A stretch of DNA of 64,000 bases from Candidatus Poribacteria bacterium (GTDB taxonomy: Bacteria; Poribacteria; WGA-4E; WGA-3G), in NCBI GenBank assembly GCA_965197475.1, contig CBDANF010000003.1:352001-416000 (forward strand), given 5' to 3'. The notes under the pieces were generated by a model. That model was not told where the DNA came from. It ran no database searches and saw only the letters and a program-made list of their open reading frames with translations. The position numbers and the translations under genes are program-made. Positions 1-9,287 of the stretch are shown piece by piece. Numbering within the stretch: position 1 is the first letter of the stretch; the number at the start of each line of letters is the position of its first letter.

Positions 1-1
1 G

Positions 2-478
2 TGGAACAGTTTGGGTAGCCTCTGTTTGCCGATTCCCTGCTGAACCCCACGGTCCTTGGTGACGTGCGATCAAACCTTCCTTTTGGTCAGGTATTGCAAT
101 AAAGGTCTGTTGCCCCCAACCCTGCGGAATGCTGCCGATCTCAAAACGTTCACGAATTGGCACTTTCATCGAATGACCGTTAGCGTAGTAGAAAACATAG
201 TCAGCGATGAGTTTTCCAATCGGTTCACCTTCATGGATGCGGGATTCAAGCAGCCGATGTGCGATGATAACCCGTTTTGGGGTTGCATTGACAGGAATTT
301 GGATCGGATTTGTATTTACATCTTCACCGAAACCTAAGAAACATTTTTCACCTTCGGAAATATTGAAAGGAAGTCCGTGAAATGTTTGCGGACCGGTGTT
401 TGGCGCAGCGTTCACACCGATAATTTCTGCGCCGACATTACACAACGTAGAAAGAGAAATAGGTTGATAGTCTTGCAT
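2..478 (-). CDS. N-terminal part of a hypothetical protein, running off the left edge (MQDYQPISLSTLCNVGAEIIG...)
   Basis: Manual translation: ATG at 478 with a GAGG RBS upstream, open to the window edge. Absent from the ORF track because its stop lies outside the window. Confidence 0.75.
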   Translation of the reverse strand, partial: MQDYQPISLSTLCNVGAEIIGVNAAPNTGPQTFHGLPFNISEGEKCFLGFGEDVNTNPIQIPVNATPKRVIIAHRLLESRIHEGEPIGKLIADYVFYYANGHSMKVPIRERFEIGSIPQGWGQQTFIAIPDQKEGLIARHQGPWGSAGNRQTEATQTVP

Positions 479-551
479 GATTTTCCTCAATTCGGATTAG
501 TGGCAGATAAAGTAAAATCTAAAACATATTTATAATTCTATGGTTAGCGGG

Positions 552-577
552 TTGTAGTCACGCAATTCATTGCACCT
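552..577 (+). repeat. GTAG-type REP-like palindrome (GTAGTCACGCAATTCATTGCAC)
   Basis: GTAG followed by a GCAAT-tc-ATTGC palindrome; the same core lies in reverse orientation inside the MITE at 54796-54920. Confidence 0.55.
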
Positions 578-766
578 CTTTTTGAATTTTACTCAGCGAG
601 TGTGTCTTCCAAATCTGCAATTTTTGATTCTTCTTTGTAAGTTTCTTTTCTGTAATTCGTAGTTTTAAGTGGTTATGTAAAAGTTCGCCTTCAACAAGCC
701 TATATTCGCCACGGTCTGGCTTTTCAAGTTCCCCACGATCTACTAAAGATGCTAACACCTTGTTTA

Positions 767-3700
767 CTATTTCACTGTAGTAAGTACCAACGAGCCAGCT
801 TTATCCGTTAACTCACCGCGTTCAATCATTTTATAAATTATGCCTTCAATTTCGTCTTGCATGTCCCAATTAACCTTTTTAAAACCAAATAACCTACAAG
901 TTGCGTGAGGTAAATCGTCTTGTTCAATGCCGCAAGATTCCGATACAATCAACTTGATTGCCTCTTGTATTTCTTCAGGTGCAATAAGTTTAAACTTGCG
1001 TGAAGTATTTGGAAGTTCACTACGATCTCGCACAGTGATTTGTTCCTGCCCAGTCCAATATAGAAATGTCTCATATAGAGATGTCTCTTTGATCTGAATA
1101 CTTTCAGAACGAGCTGCTTGTGTTGCAGCAAATTTAACTGCGTTTTGAATACGATTGCCGATCCTTTTGAACCCTGCAGCATTGGCAATACGTTTTGCTA
1201 CTTCATTAATGTGCACTGGACTCTCAATTTCAACAACACGTTGAATCCAGTCCATCATCGTGCGGCACGGGACCGCATGTAAATCAAGCCCATTGGTAGA
1301 AATAGATAGTTCGGCAAGTTTATATTTTTTTGCTAAGGAATTGGGTTTCGGTTCCGTTATTGGATTAGCATTTGTATCAGCTTTTGCTTCTGGTTCCTCC
1401 TCACCCTCGTTGGAACCGTGAGCATTGTTTTCAGGAGTATTGCCATGAATGAAAGGGATATGCGCCTTAGCTGCTTCAATCGCTTCAGCTGTCTTTTTGA
1501 GTTCACGGTCTGGAAATCTAAACCAGTCGGTACTCCAAATACGATGGATACGCCAACCTAAGTCTTCAAGATGATTCTGTCTTATTCGGTCGCGGTCACG
1601 CGCTGATTGTGCCCTGTGGTATGTTGCTCCATCACATTCAATCCCTAATAAATAATGCCCTGGACGTTCCGGGTCCTTAGCCCCGAGATCAATAAAATAG
1701 CCCTCAATACCAATCTGATGGTCAATTTCATAGCCGCATCCACGTAAGGCATCTGCCACCTCTACCTCAAAAGGAGAGTCTGGTGATCTACCGATTAATT
1801 CTGGGATGTCAAGTTCGTCTGTCTGTGCATATTTCAAGTAACGTTTAAGTGCCACAACGCCAGATGGGTTAGTTGGTCCAGGATCAATGTCATCAGCTGT
1901 CAAATTGGTAAACACTTCACTACGTTGTTTTGCACGTGTAATCAATACATTCAATCGTCTTTCTCCCCCTTTTTTGTTAAGGGGACCGAAGTTCATCGTA
2001 ATCTTTCCATTAATATCGCGTCCATAACCAACACTAATGAAAATGACATCGCGCTCATCTCCTTGAACGTTTTCTAAATTTTTGATAAAAAACGGCTCTT
2101 CGGGATGAGCATTAAAGAACGTTTGTTCGGTTGATGAGTCCTCTCGACGTAAAAGTTCAAGTTGATCTTGTACCGCTTGCATTTGAGCAGTGCTAAACGT
2201 TGCTACGCCAAGTGTCAAATCAGGACGTGAATGTGCATGTTCCATCACTTTTTCTGCAACTATTTGGGCTTCTTTTAGATTGGTTCTACTGCCTCCACGG
2301 TCATAAGCAGTATCAGGTAGGTAATGATAAACTAATCCAACTTTTTCCCTCGCAGCATCCGGACTTGGAAAGATTATAAGTCTATTTTTGTAAAATACAT
2401 AGTTTGATACCGCAATCAACGAAGGATGTCTGCTACGATAGTGCCAACGTAACATGCGTTCTGGCGCGTTTTGAGCACTGAACAATCCCAAAATGCTCTC
2501 TGTATCACCTGGTAAGTCTTCTTCTGTGTCTTCGGTATCAGTATTGTCCCCTATGTGCTTATCAAAGAAAGAAGTCGGTGGAAGTTGTTTGCTATCACCA
2601 ACGACAACAGTTTGTTTGCCTCGAACAATTGCTCCGAAAGCATCAACAGGTTTTACTTGGCTTGCTTCGTCAAAAACTACCAAGTCGAAGTCAACACTAT
2701 TCGGTGGTAGGAACGTCGCTACTGAGAGCGGACTCATCATAAATATTGGCTTAATTGCTTGTATTGCATTTCCTGTCCTGGTCATAAGCTGACGAATTGG
2801 TAGATGCCGCCGCTTTTTTTGAAATTCCCGCTTGAGCAATCCTAATTGTCCACTGGACGCTTCGTACTGAGGTAGGTGTTTCCAATGTTCGTACGCTACT
2901 TTTACCTTATTGTATTCAAGTGATCTGTGGTCTAACTCCTTGAACCGTTCGACAATATGCTGATGGGTATCGCTACTAAAACCTGCAAGGACCGAGCGTT
3001 CCTGCATTGCTGTCTCAATTTTTGCGCTATACCACGCATGTTTGAGTATATCCGACAAACATTCGCCAGCATCTTGCCAGACATTTGCAACCTTCACAAT
3101 TTCAACGAAACCACTATCTGTTAACGCCTCAGCCCGGTGGTTATACGAAACCATATCCTGGAGACTGTCTGATTCAGTTTCCCAGCATTTGAAGATTTTT
3201 GCCTGTTCAGAAAATGTGAGATGTTTTAATCCATTATCCTTTCCAAAACGAGCTTTTTCGTCAAGTTGAATTTTATCAATCACAACTTGGAGGAGATTAG
3301 GATAGTTACTCTGGTGTTCCTCAACGGTTGCAAGTAGCCCCTTAAGTGTCTCCAAATTCGGATTTGATGCAAGGTATGCAACTAACACTTCTGGTAATTT
3401 GTCGTTTGCTACCGATTCGTGCAGAGCTGAAAGGTACTTGACGATTACTCGGAGTTGGTCCCAATCCGATGATTGCCCCTGCCAGTTTGTACCAAATAAT
3501 TCTTGCCCAATCTCCTGTATCTTTTTGAGATGAGGTAGTTCACGTTGCGCTTCAAGAATTGCATCAACAATACGGAGTTGTGCATCGTGGACTTTGGGCA
3601 GTTGTTGTGAACATAAGCCCGTAAGTTCACTACGGGCACGTCGATATTTTAGTGAAATTATGCGCCTCCACCTTTTATCTCCATAAGCCGCTATCATTTG

Positions 3701-5515
3701 ACGAATTTCTAAAACGTTTTGCTCCCAAGCTTCAGGTATAAGAATATGATCATGTATATTATGCAGATCGCTCAACCTTTCTCCTGCGTTTAGTCCCAAT
3801 TCTAAATCACTTCTATGTGTTTTCCATTCCGTTGACTGCACGGTAACCCCTGATAAGTCTGGTGCATCTAACGCGTGACGAGCTGTGTGAATGAGATTTT
3901 CGACTGCTCCACAAGTGTTCGGGACAGGAAGTTTGAGGTGCTGTGCAAGTTGTTCGGATGAATCTTTGAGTCCCAAAACACTTTCTCTTGCTTCTGCCGC
4001 TGCTCGTTTAAGTGGCTCTCTGTCGGTAGGAGGAAAGACCTTACAAAGGCTTCCCCAAAACGGATGATTTATTGGTATGCCTATCCGCTTAAGGAGTGTC
4101 TGGAATTCTTCTGTTATCGCTAATCCTTTTCTAAATTCAGATGTTGAATGTTGAAATTTATTTGATTCTAAAGTTGGAAGTTCCTTTTCTGCAAGGGTCC
4201 GCTGCACTACTAAAAGTTCTCCATACACCTGATAAGGTGTAATACCACTTTCGCCAATTGGCTTGTTAACTGCCTCACAGTAACTGTTCAAACGCTCACG
4301 GTCACTGAGAAGAGACTCAAGTTCTTGTTTCATATCTGTTATCCGAGGTTCGCTGATATCAAGAATTCGCTTCAGTTCATCAACGACAGCTTTTTTGTTC
4401 ATCTTATGACTGTGCAGTTCCAGGCACGCGTCTCCGAGTCCTACCCCGTCTAGCTTGCGCTTGACCACTTCCAAAGCTGCCATTTTTTCTGCAACAAACA
4501 GCACCCGCTTTCCTTCTGCAATAGCTGCTGCAATCAAATTGGTGATGGTTTGGGACTTCCCAGTACCCGGTGGACCTTGAATAACGAGATTTCGTCCTTG
4601 ACTCACATCGTGGATAGCTAATGCCTGTGAACTGTCTGCATCAACTACGTGATGGGTATTGGTGGGAGTAAGGTGTTTGTCAATATTAGGTATGCCATCA
4701 TCAAGGGATGACTTTGGTTCTTGAAATCCGTTTTCGATCACTGACTGTAATACCGAATGCATAGTCAGGGCATTATCAGGCCAATTGTCAACGTCTAAAT
4801 CGTAGTGCATCAGAAACTTAGCAAATGAGAAAAAACCAAGCGCAATCACAGAATCATCAACCGACCACCGATTAAAGTTGCCAATTGCCTCGCTTACGTC
4901 TTCAAAATATTTTAGAATGTTGGACTGATTAAGGGCATCCGCTTCGGGAAGATCTGGTAATTGAATACCAAACTCGACTTTTAGTTTTTCTTGAAGAGAA
5001 AGATTCGTTCCAATCTCCTCCTCTGTGTATTGAACACGGAAATTAGCACGTACACTGGTACGACTAAGCTCTACTGGAATCAGTATTAATGGAGCACGGC
5101 GTAATGTCTCACTTGATTCAGATTCATACCACTCAAGCATACCGAGTGCAAGATAGAGTGTAGTCACTCCTTGTTCTTCAAGTGCGGTGCGCGCTGTATA
5201 ATAAGTATTCAACAAACGCTTTTGAAGTTCGTTAGATGAATGGTTTGTCTGAAGTTTGGTATCGGTATATCGATCAGGATCATATTCCTCTTCATCTTCA
5301 AACAGAAAAACGTTGTCTTCTTCAGATTCATGTCTTGGTAGGAAAGACATAGTTTTCTTATCTTGTACAAGAATCTGATAAATATCTGGTGGAGATTCAT
5401 CAACAATCTCTACGCCTCGCGCCTTAAGAAGTTTATAGTTGATCAATGGGTTACGGAAGCTTAAGTCAAGTAGTTCAGAACGTGCCTCATCTAATTTCGT
5501 TTGTACAGAATTCAT
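767..5515 (-). CDS. DUF4011 - SF1 (Upf1-like) helicase - Vsr/MTES_1575-like endonuclease - DUF3320 protein; Hhe-like anti-phage candidate
   Basis: 1582 aa. N-terminal LLDLSFRNPLIN, Walker A GPPGTGKS, DEASQ, VVVGDSKQLPP, ENVQGDERD, nuclease motif GIECDGATYH..ARDRDRIRQ..LEDLGWRIHRIWS, and a C-terminal VEIESPVH DUF3320-like region. Confidence 0.88.
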   Translation of the reverse strand: MNSVQTKLDEARSELLDLSFRNPLINYKLLKARGVEIVDESPPDIYQILVQDKKTMSFLPRHESEEDNVFLFEDEEEYDPDRYTDTKLQTNHSSNELQKRLLNTYYTARTALEEQGVTTLYLALGMLEWYESESSETLRRAPLILIPVELSRTSVRANFRVQYTEEEIGTNLSLQEKLKVEFGIQLPDLPEADALNQSNILKYFEDVSEAIGNFNRWSVDDSVIALGFFSFAKFLMHYDLDVDNWPDNALTMHSVLQSVIENGFQEPKSSLDDGIPNIDKHLTPTNTHHVVDADSSQALAIHDVSQGRNLVIQGPPGTGKSQTITNLIAAAIAEGKRVLFVAEKMAALEVVKRKLDGVGLGDACLELHSHKMNKKAVVDELKRILDISEPRITDMKQELESLLSDRERLNSYCEAVNKPIGESGITPYQVYGELLVVQRTLAEKELPTLESNKFQHSTSEFRKGLAITEEFQTLLKRIGIPINHPFWGSLCKVFPPTDREPLKRAAAEARESVLGLKDSSEQLAQHLKLPVPNTCGAVENLIHTARHALDAPDLSGVTVQSTEWKTHRSDLELGLNAGERLSDLHNIHDHILIPEAWEQNVLEIRQMIAAYGDKRWRRIISLKYRRARSELTGLCSQQLPKVHDAQLRIVDAILEAQRELPHLKKIQEIGQELFGTNWQGQSSDWDQLRVIVKYLSALHESVANDKLPEVLVAYLASNPNLETLKGLLATVEEHQSNYPNLLQVVIDKIQLDEKARFGKDNGLKHLTFSEQAKIFKCWETESDSLQDMVSYNHRAEALTDSGFVEIVKVANVWQDAGECLSDILKHAWYSAKIETAMQERSVLAGFSSDTHQHIVERFKELDHRSLEYNKVKVAYEHWKHLPQYEASSGQLGLLKREFQKKRRHLPIRQLMTRTGNAIQAIKPIFMMSPLSVATFLPPNSVDFDLVVFDEASQVKPVDAFGAIVRGKQTVVVGDSKQLPPTSFFDKHIGDNTDTEDTEEDLPGDTESILGLFSAQNAPERMLRWHYRSRHPSLIAVSNYVFYKNRLIIFPSPDAAREKVGLVYHYLPDTAYDRGGSRTNLKEAQIVAEKVMEHAHSRPDLTLGVATFSTAQMQAVQDQLELLRREDSSTEQTFFNAHPEEPFFIKNLENVQGDERDVIFISVGYGRDINGKITMNFGPLNKKGGERRLNVLITRAKQRSEVFTNLTADDIDPGPTNPSGVVALKRYLKYAQTDELDIPELIGRSPDSPFEVEVADALRGCGYEIDHQIGIEGYFIDLGAKDPERPGHYLLGIECDGATYHRAQSARDRDRIRQNHLEDLGWRIHRIWSTDWFRFPDRELKKTAEAIEAAKAHIPFIHGNTPENNAHGSNEGEEEPEAKADTNANPITEPKPNSLAKKYKLAELSISTNGLDLHAVPCRTMMDWIQRVVEIESPVHINEVAKRIANAAGFKRIGNRIQNAVKFAATQAARSESIQIKETSLYETFLYWTGQEQITVRDRSELPNTSRKFKLIAPEEIQEAIKLIVSESCGIEQDDLPHATCRLFGFKKVNWDMQDEIEGIIYKMIERGELTDKAGSLVLTTVK

Positions 5516-5728
5516 CTCATATACACCATAATTTAATTGTTGAGTTAACCGTTATATTTTTACTTATTGAGACGTTAAACGCATATAAGCATATCAAAAA
5601 AGAGGGTTTTGCTCCAATCAGACGTTCCTCTTGGCAGAAATCACATATCAGAGGACTTCTGAATAACATCGTTATGCAATCCATTAAATAGAATCGTATA
5701 ACTTATAGTTGTGCCAGGCAATTATCAC

Positions 5729-6004
5729 CTACGATGATTCGATCGCGTGGAGGCGTTCAGCTAACCACAAGTTAACCAAAGTTTCCGGTAAGATACCCTG
5801 TTCCAGTGCTTGTTTTTCAATTTTTTCATAGATCTCTGGGGTAAGCGTTACACGACACTTTCGCTGCATCCGAACCTCAAAATCGACTTCATGTGTTTCA
5901 TCCCAGTGGTCAGCCAAGCTATGCGTGTCCCAATAGTCGGCTATCTCCTCCAGAGTTCGTGCCTTAGATACACTGGTAACTTGTTCGTCTTTATTTTCTT
6001 TCAT
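5729..6004 (-). CDS. CopG/BrnA-like antitoxin (orphan)
   Basis: EEIADYWDTHSLADHWD followed by an RHH-like VTLTPEIYEKIEKQALEQGI..ETLVNLWL, typical of CopG-family antitoxins. Confidence 0.75.
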   Translation of the reverse strand: MKENKDEQVTSVSKARTLEEIADYWDTHSLADHWDETHEVDFEVRMQRKCRVTLTPEIYEKIEKQALEQGILPETLVNLWLAERLHAIESS

Positions 6005-6046
6005 ACTTTATTAGACACATCCTTTCGCACATCCAAGTATAACGAT

Positions 6047-7042
6047 TTAGAGCGGAAATTCTATTGCCTGTCCCTGTTCAGAAGACATATAGAACGCCTG
6101 CATCAATTCTGTTAGATTGCGTCCATCTTGAATAGTAATCGTCATCGGTTCATCGCGGACGATAGCATTGATCCACTGCTGCAGTGGTGACGGTGGTGCT
6201 GTAGGCGCATCAGCAATGTATTTTGCTTTTTCTTCATCAGACAGTTTGCGGGTCTGGAAATGCATCTCGCCATGTCCAGCGGCAAATGAACCTTCCGTGC
6301 CGTAAATCTCAAGCATATTCGGACCGGAGCGGTGCGTCCATGCAACATCAATCACGCCGAGTGCTTTGTTTGCAAATTCCACAACAGAAACACTGTTGTC
6401 ATCAATCGGAAAGTTACCAGTGAAATTGTTTATCTTAGCGATTGCACTTTTCGGTTCACCCATCAACCAACGTATCACATCAACACGGTGGCATCCTAAA
6501 TCAAAGAGTGCGCCACCACCAGCGCGGACTGGGTCTGCGAACCAAGCACTTGTGCCACTAAACCATTTATCAAGTGCAGCGGAGTGCGCAATTCGTCCTC
6601 TACCGAACGTTATGTCACCGAGAAGTCCATCATCTATCGCTTTTTTTGCGAACAGAATCTCAGAGTTAGCTCGGGAAGGAAGCGAAATCATAAACTGGAC
6701 ACCCGCTTTTTCTACTGCCTCAATAATCGGATCACATTCTGCTACGGTGATAGCGAGAGCTTTTTCGGTGAAAATATGTTTGCCAGCTTCAGCGGCAGCA
6801 ATCATAACACGCGGATGGTCAGATGTAATCGCGTCAACAGCAACAGCATCAACATCATCGCGAGTTAAAACTTCATCAAGGTTAGTATAGAACGGGACTT
6901 TGTATTGTTCTGCAGCTGCTTTTCCGCCATATTCCTCTTCGTCCCAAATAGCGACGAGTTCGGTTTCAGGGTTTTCGTGAATGCTTTGGGCATATCCACC
7001 TGCGTGAACATGCGCCATACTAATTTTTGCAACTCTTATCAT
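6047..7042 (-). CDS. Gfo/Idh/MocA family oxidoreductase
   Basis: AGKHIFTEKAL and GGGALFDLGCH motifs. Confidence 0.9.
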   Translation of the reverse strand: MIRVAKISMAHVHAGGYAQSIHENPETELVAIWDEEEYGGKAAAEQYKVPFYTNLDEVLTRDDVDAVAVDAITSDHPRVMIAAAEAGKHIFTEKALAITVAECDPIIEAVEKAGVQFMISLPSRANSEILFAKKAIDDGLLGDITFGRGRIAHSAALDKWFSGTSAWFADPVRAGGGALFDLGCHRVDVIRWLMGEPKSAIAKINNFTGNFPIDDNSVSVVEFANKALGVIDVAWTHRSGPNMLEIYGTEGSFAAGHGEMHFQTRKLSDEEKAKYIADAPTAPPSPLQQWINAIVRDEPMTITIQDGRNLTELMQAFYMSSEQGQAIEFPL

Positions 7043-7061
7043 TTAATTCTCCTTTAATAAA

Positions 7062-7835
7062 TTATTTTATTCCTCCGACAGAAGATCGTGTAGCGAAATG
7101 ATTCCAACCACGAAGGACCAATTGGACATTAGTGTGTCTATTTTCAGCATCAATCTGATCATCACCAGCATGCATTTGGACAAGCACACTCTTTCGCATC
7201 TTTTTTGAGCGGTTCGGCATTGAGCCGTGCAGCGTGAAGTAGCTAAAGAAAAGCACATCCCCCGGTTCCGCCTCCAATACATTAGCACCCGCAATCGGGT
7301 ACCGTTCAGTGATTTCAGCGTTCTGTCCACCACCCATCATGCCATCAGTCCGACCTAGTTCCTTATGGGAACCCGGATAAACACGTACACACCCCATCTC
7401 ATCAGTGGCATCCGACACATAGATTATCGCTGCTATCATCGAATCTTTGAAAGATGGGAAATACTGCCAATCCTGATGCATCGGAAAAGGTGAACCTTTC
7501 TCTGGCGGTTTGCAGAAAAGTTTGGAATGGTGCAGCATAATATCCGGTCCAAGGATTGCTTCGGCAGCGTTAAGGAAATTGTCTTGCTGGAACGCCTTCA
7601 TCCACACACCAGAAAAACTCTGGATATTATGTGTGTGAATAATGACAGATTCTCCGCCATCAAGTTCATCCATCAATTTACCGCCCCAACGGGCATTGAT
7701 GTTCTCATCGCTTTTAACCAACTGGTCTACCACGCGATCAAAGTCGTGTTCCATTAATTTGACCTCATCGGGTGAATAGACCCCTTTTGCGAAATAGTAT
7801 CCGTTTTCCTGAAAGAATTGTCCAATGTCTGACAT
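7062..7835 (-). CDS. Phytanoyl-CoA dioxygenase (PhyH) family 2OG-Fe(II) oxygenase
   Basis: FFQENGY, HQD..Y, PGSHK, GDVLFFS..TLHGSMPN motifs. Confidence 0.9.
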   Translation of the reverse strand: MSDIGQFFQENGYYFAKGVYSPDEVKLMEHDFDRVVDQLVKSDENINARWGGKLMDELDGGESVIIHTHNIQSFSGVWMKAFQQDNFLNAAEAILGPDIMLHHSKLFCKPPEKGSPFPMHQDWQYFPSFKDSMIAAIIYVSDATDEMGCVRVYPGSHKELGRTDGMMGGGQNAEITERYPIAGANVLEAEPGDVLFFSYFTLHGSMPNRSKKMRKSVLVQMHAGDDQIDAENRHTNVQLVLRGWNHFATRSSVGGIK

Positions 7836-8608
7836 TACGATTTTGTAACCTCCAAATAGAGTTCAACAAGCCAATTCGGCTTAAGATTTTCTGTGTTATT
7901 TTTCTCTTTAAGTTCTTGTTGCAATTGGTTGATTGTCCTGAATACATCAAACTTCCCATTGTTGAGAATACCGAGAAGATTTGTCTTTGGCAAAGTTTCA
8001 GAACCTATACCACAGAGTTTCGAAACATCTTCCAGGCGATTAGTAGCAATTACGAGAGTTTTTCTCATTGATTGAAGCTCGCCAAGTAATTCTACCATCT
8101 CAATTTGCCCGCGTGGGTCAAGTAGCACTAACGGTTCATCAAGCAACCACAACTGTGGATCATGTAGAAACGTTTTCGCAAACAGGAGACGTTGACGTTC
8201 TCCTGTTGATAGAACACCAATTTTGTTGTCACGTAGATGCTGAATGTCCATTAATTCAAGCACAGAATCAATTGAAGCGGTGCGCTCCTGCTTGTCTAAT
8301 TTGTATGCAGCAGCGAAAAAATTGAGGTATTGCACTACTGATAACTCTGGGTATCCTTCAAAAGCAACGGGTATATACCCGATGTGCGGACGCACCTGTT
8401 TCAAGTTTGAAAACGCATCTATCCCAGAAATAGAGACAGTGCCTGATGTCGGTTCAACTAAGGTTGCCAAAATGTTGAGTAGGAGTGTCTTTCCCGCGCC
8501 GTTTCCACCGAGCAGGACGAGGGATTCTCCAGCTGCCACCTGAAACGTGATTTCTGTGAGAAACGACTTCTTGTTGATGGATTTGCTGAGGTTTTGGACA
8601 TCAAGCAA
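7835..8608 (-). CDS. ABC transporter ATP-binding protein (ABC-2/CcmA-like)
   Basis: GGNGAGKT, LSTGERQR, LLDEP; the H-loop reads ATN. Confidence 0.85.
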   Translation of the reverse strand: MLDVQNLSKSINKKSFLTEITFQVAAGESLVLLGGNGAGKTLLLNILATLVEPTSGTVSISGIDAFSNLKQVRPHIGYIPVAFEGYPELSVVQYLNFFAAAYKLDKQERTASIDSVLELMDIQHLRDNKIGVLSTGERQRLLFAKTFLHDPQLWLLDEPLVLLDPRGQIEMVELLGELQSMRKTLVIATNRLEDVSKLCGIGSETLPKTNLLGILNNGKFDVFRTINQLQQELKEKNNTENLKPNWLVELYLEVTKS

Positions 8609-8633
8609 TTAGATTCTCCAGTGTTGCCCTTAT

Positions 8634-8996
8634 TCATCGGGTGTCAAGACTTGTGGTTTCTGCTAATTTCTGTGCCACAAGCGCGTAGAGACTCATTCCT
8701 GCTTTAGCAGCTTCATCTGTTAAGCGGTGATAAAGCTGAGGGTCAACAGGGACATTGAACGGCACGTCATTTAATTCTCGCGCAGGCACTTTTGGAACGG
8801 GGACATTGTCCTCTTGGTAACACTCTTTCATCAACTCCCACGCTGTTTTCAATTCGATCAATGCCTGGGCAGGCGTAGGTCCGAAAGCGGAAACATTTGG
8901 AAGTTCAATAAAATGGGCAAGATAATCACCGTCTTCGTCAAGAAAAATCTTGATGGTAAATCCATCAAAATCGTCATGGTTATTCTTCATCTTCAA
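8634..8996 (-). CDS. hicB: HicB family antitoxin
   Basis: DGDYLAHFIELPNVSAFGPTPAQAL plus a C-terminal RHH (FNVPVDPQLYHRL..EA); overlaps hicA. Confidence 0.85.
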   Translation of the reverse strand: MKMKNNHDDFDGFTIKIFLDEDGDYLAHFIELPNVSAFGPTPAQALIELKTAWELMKECYQEDNVPVPKVPARELNDVPFNVPVDPQLYHRLTDEAAKAGMSLYALVAQKLAETTSLDTR

Positions 8997-9225
8997 TTTC
9001 CTTATTGTATTGCGTTAAAAATTGCCTGACTTGGTAACCTTTAGCCATTGACTTGTTCGGTTGAATTGATAATCTATATCCTCTGGGTGAATACCAAATC
9101 CGATGGCTACCTCGCTGTCGGCGTTGCACCCATCCAAATTGGCGCATGAGTCGTTCAAATTCAGAAAATTTCAATCCGTTTGGGTTTTGCTGCGCTTTTT
9201 CAAATAAAGCCTCTCTTCGATTCAT
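8980..9225 (-). CDS. hicA: HicA family toxin (mRNA interferase)
   Basis: FGW..RQRGSHRIW and AKGYQVRQFL; directly upstream of hicB. Confidence 0.88.
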   Translation of the reverse strand: MNRREALFEKAQQNPNGLKFSEFERLMRQFGWVQRRQRGSHRIWYSPRGYRLSIQPNKSMAKGYQVRQFLTQYNKEIEDEE

Positions 9226-9287
9226 GTTGTACCTCTAATTCTGAGGCAGAAAATGAGCATTTATATTCATCTCATATAACCAGTATC

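Noticed and set aside
56-337. Plus-strand 93-aa ORF and the many other short ORFs antisense to or nested in long genes
   Set aside because: They are shadow ORFs of well-supported genes, with no RBS or recognisable motifs.
5701-5720. TGGCAC upstream of the helicase gene on the minus strand
   Set aside because: There is no GC at the -12 position (TGGCACAACTATAAG).
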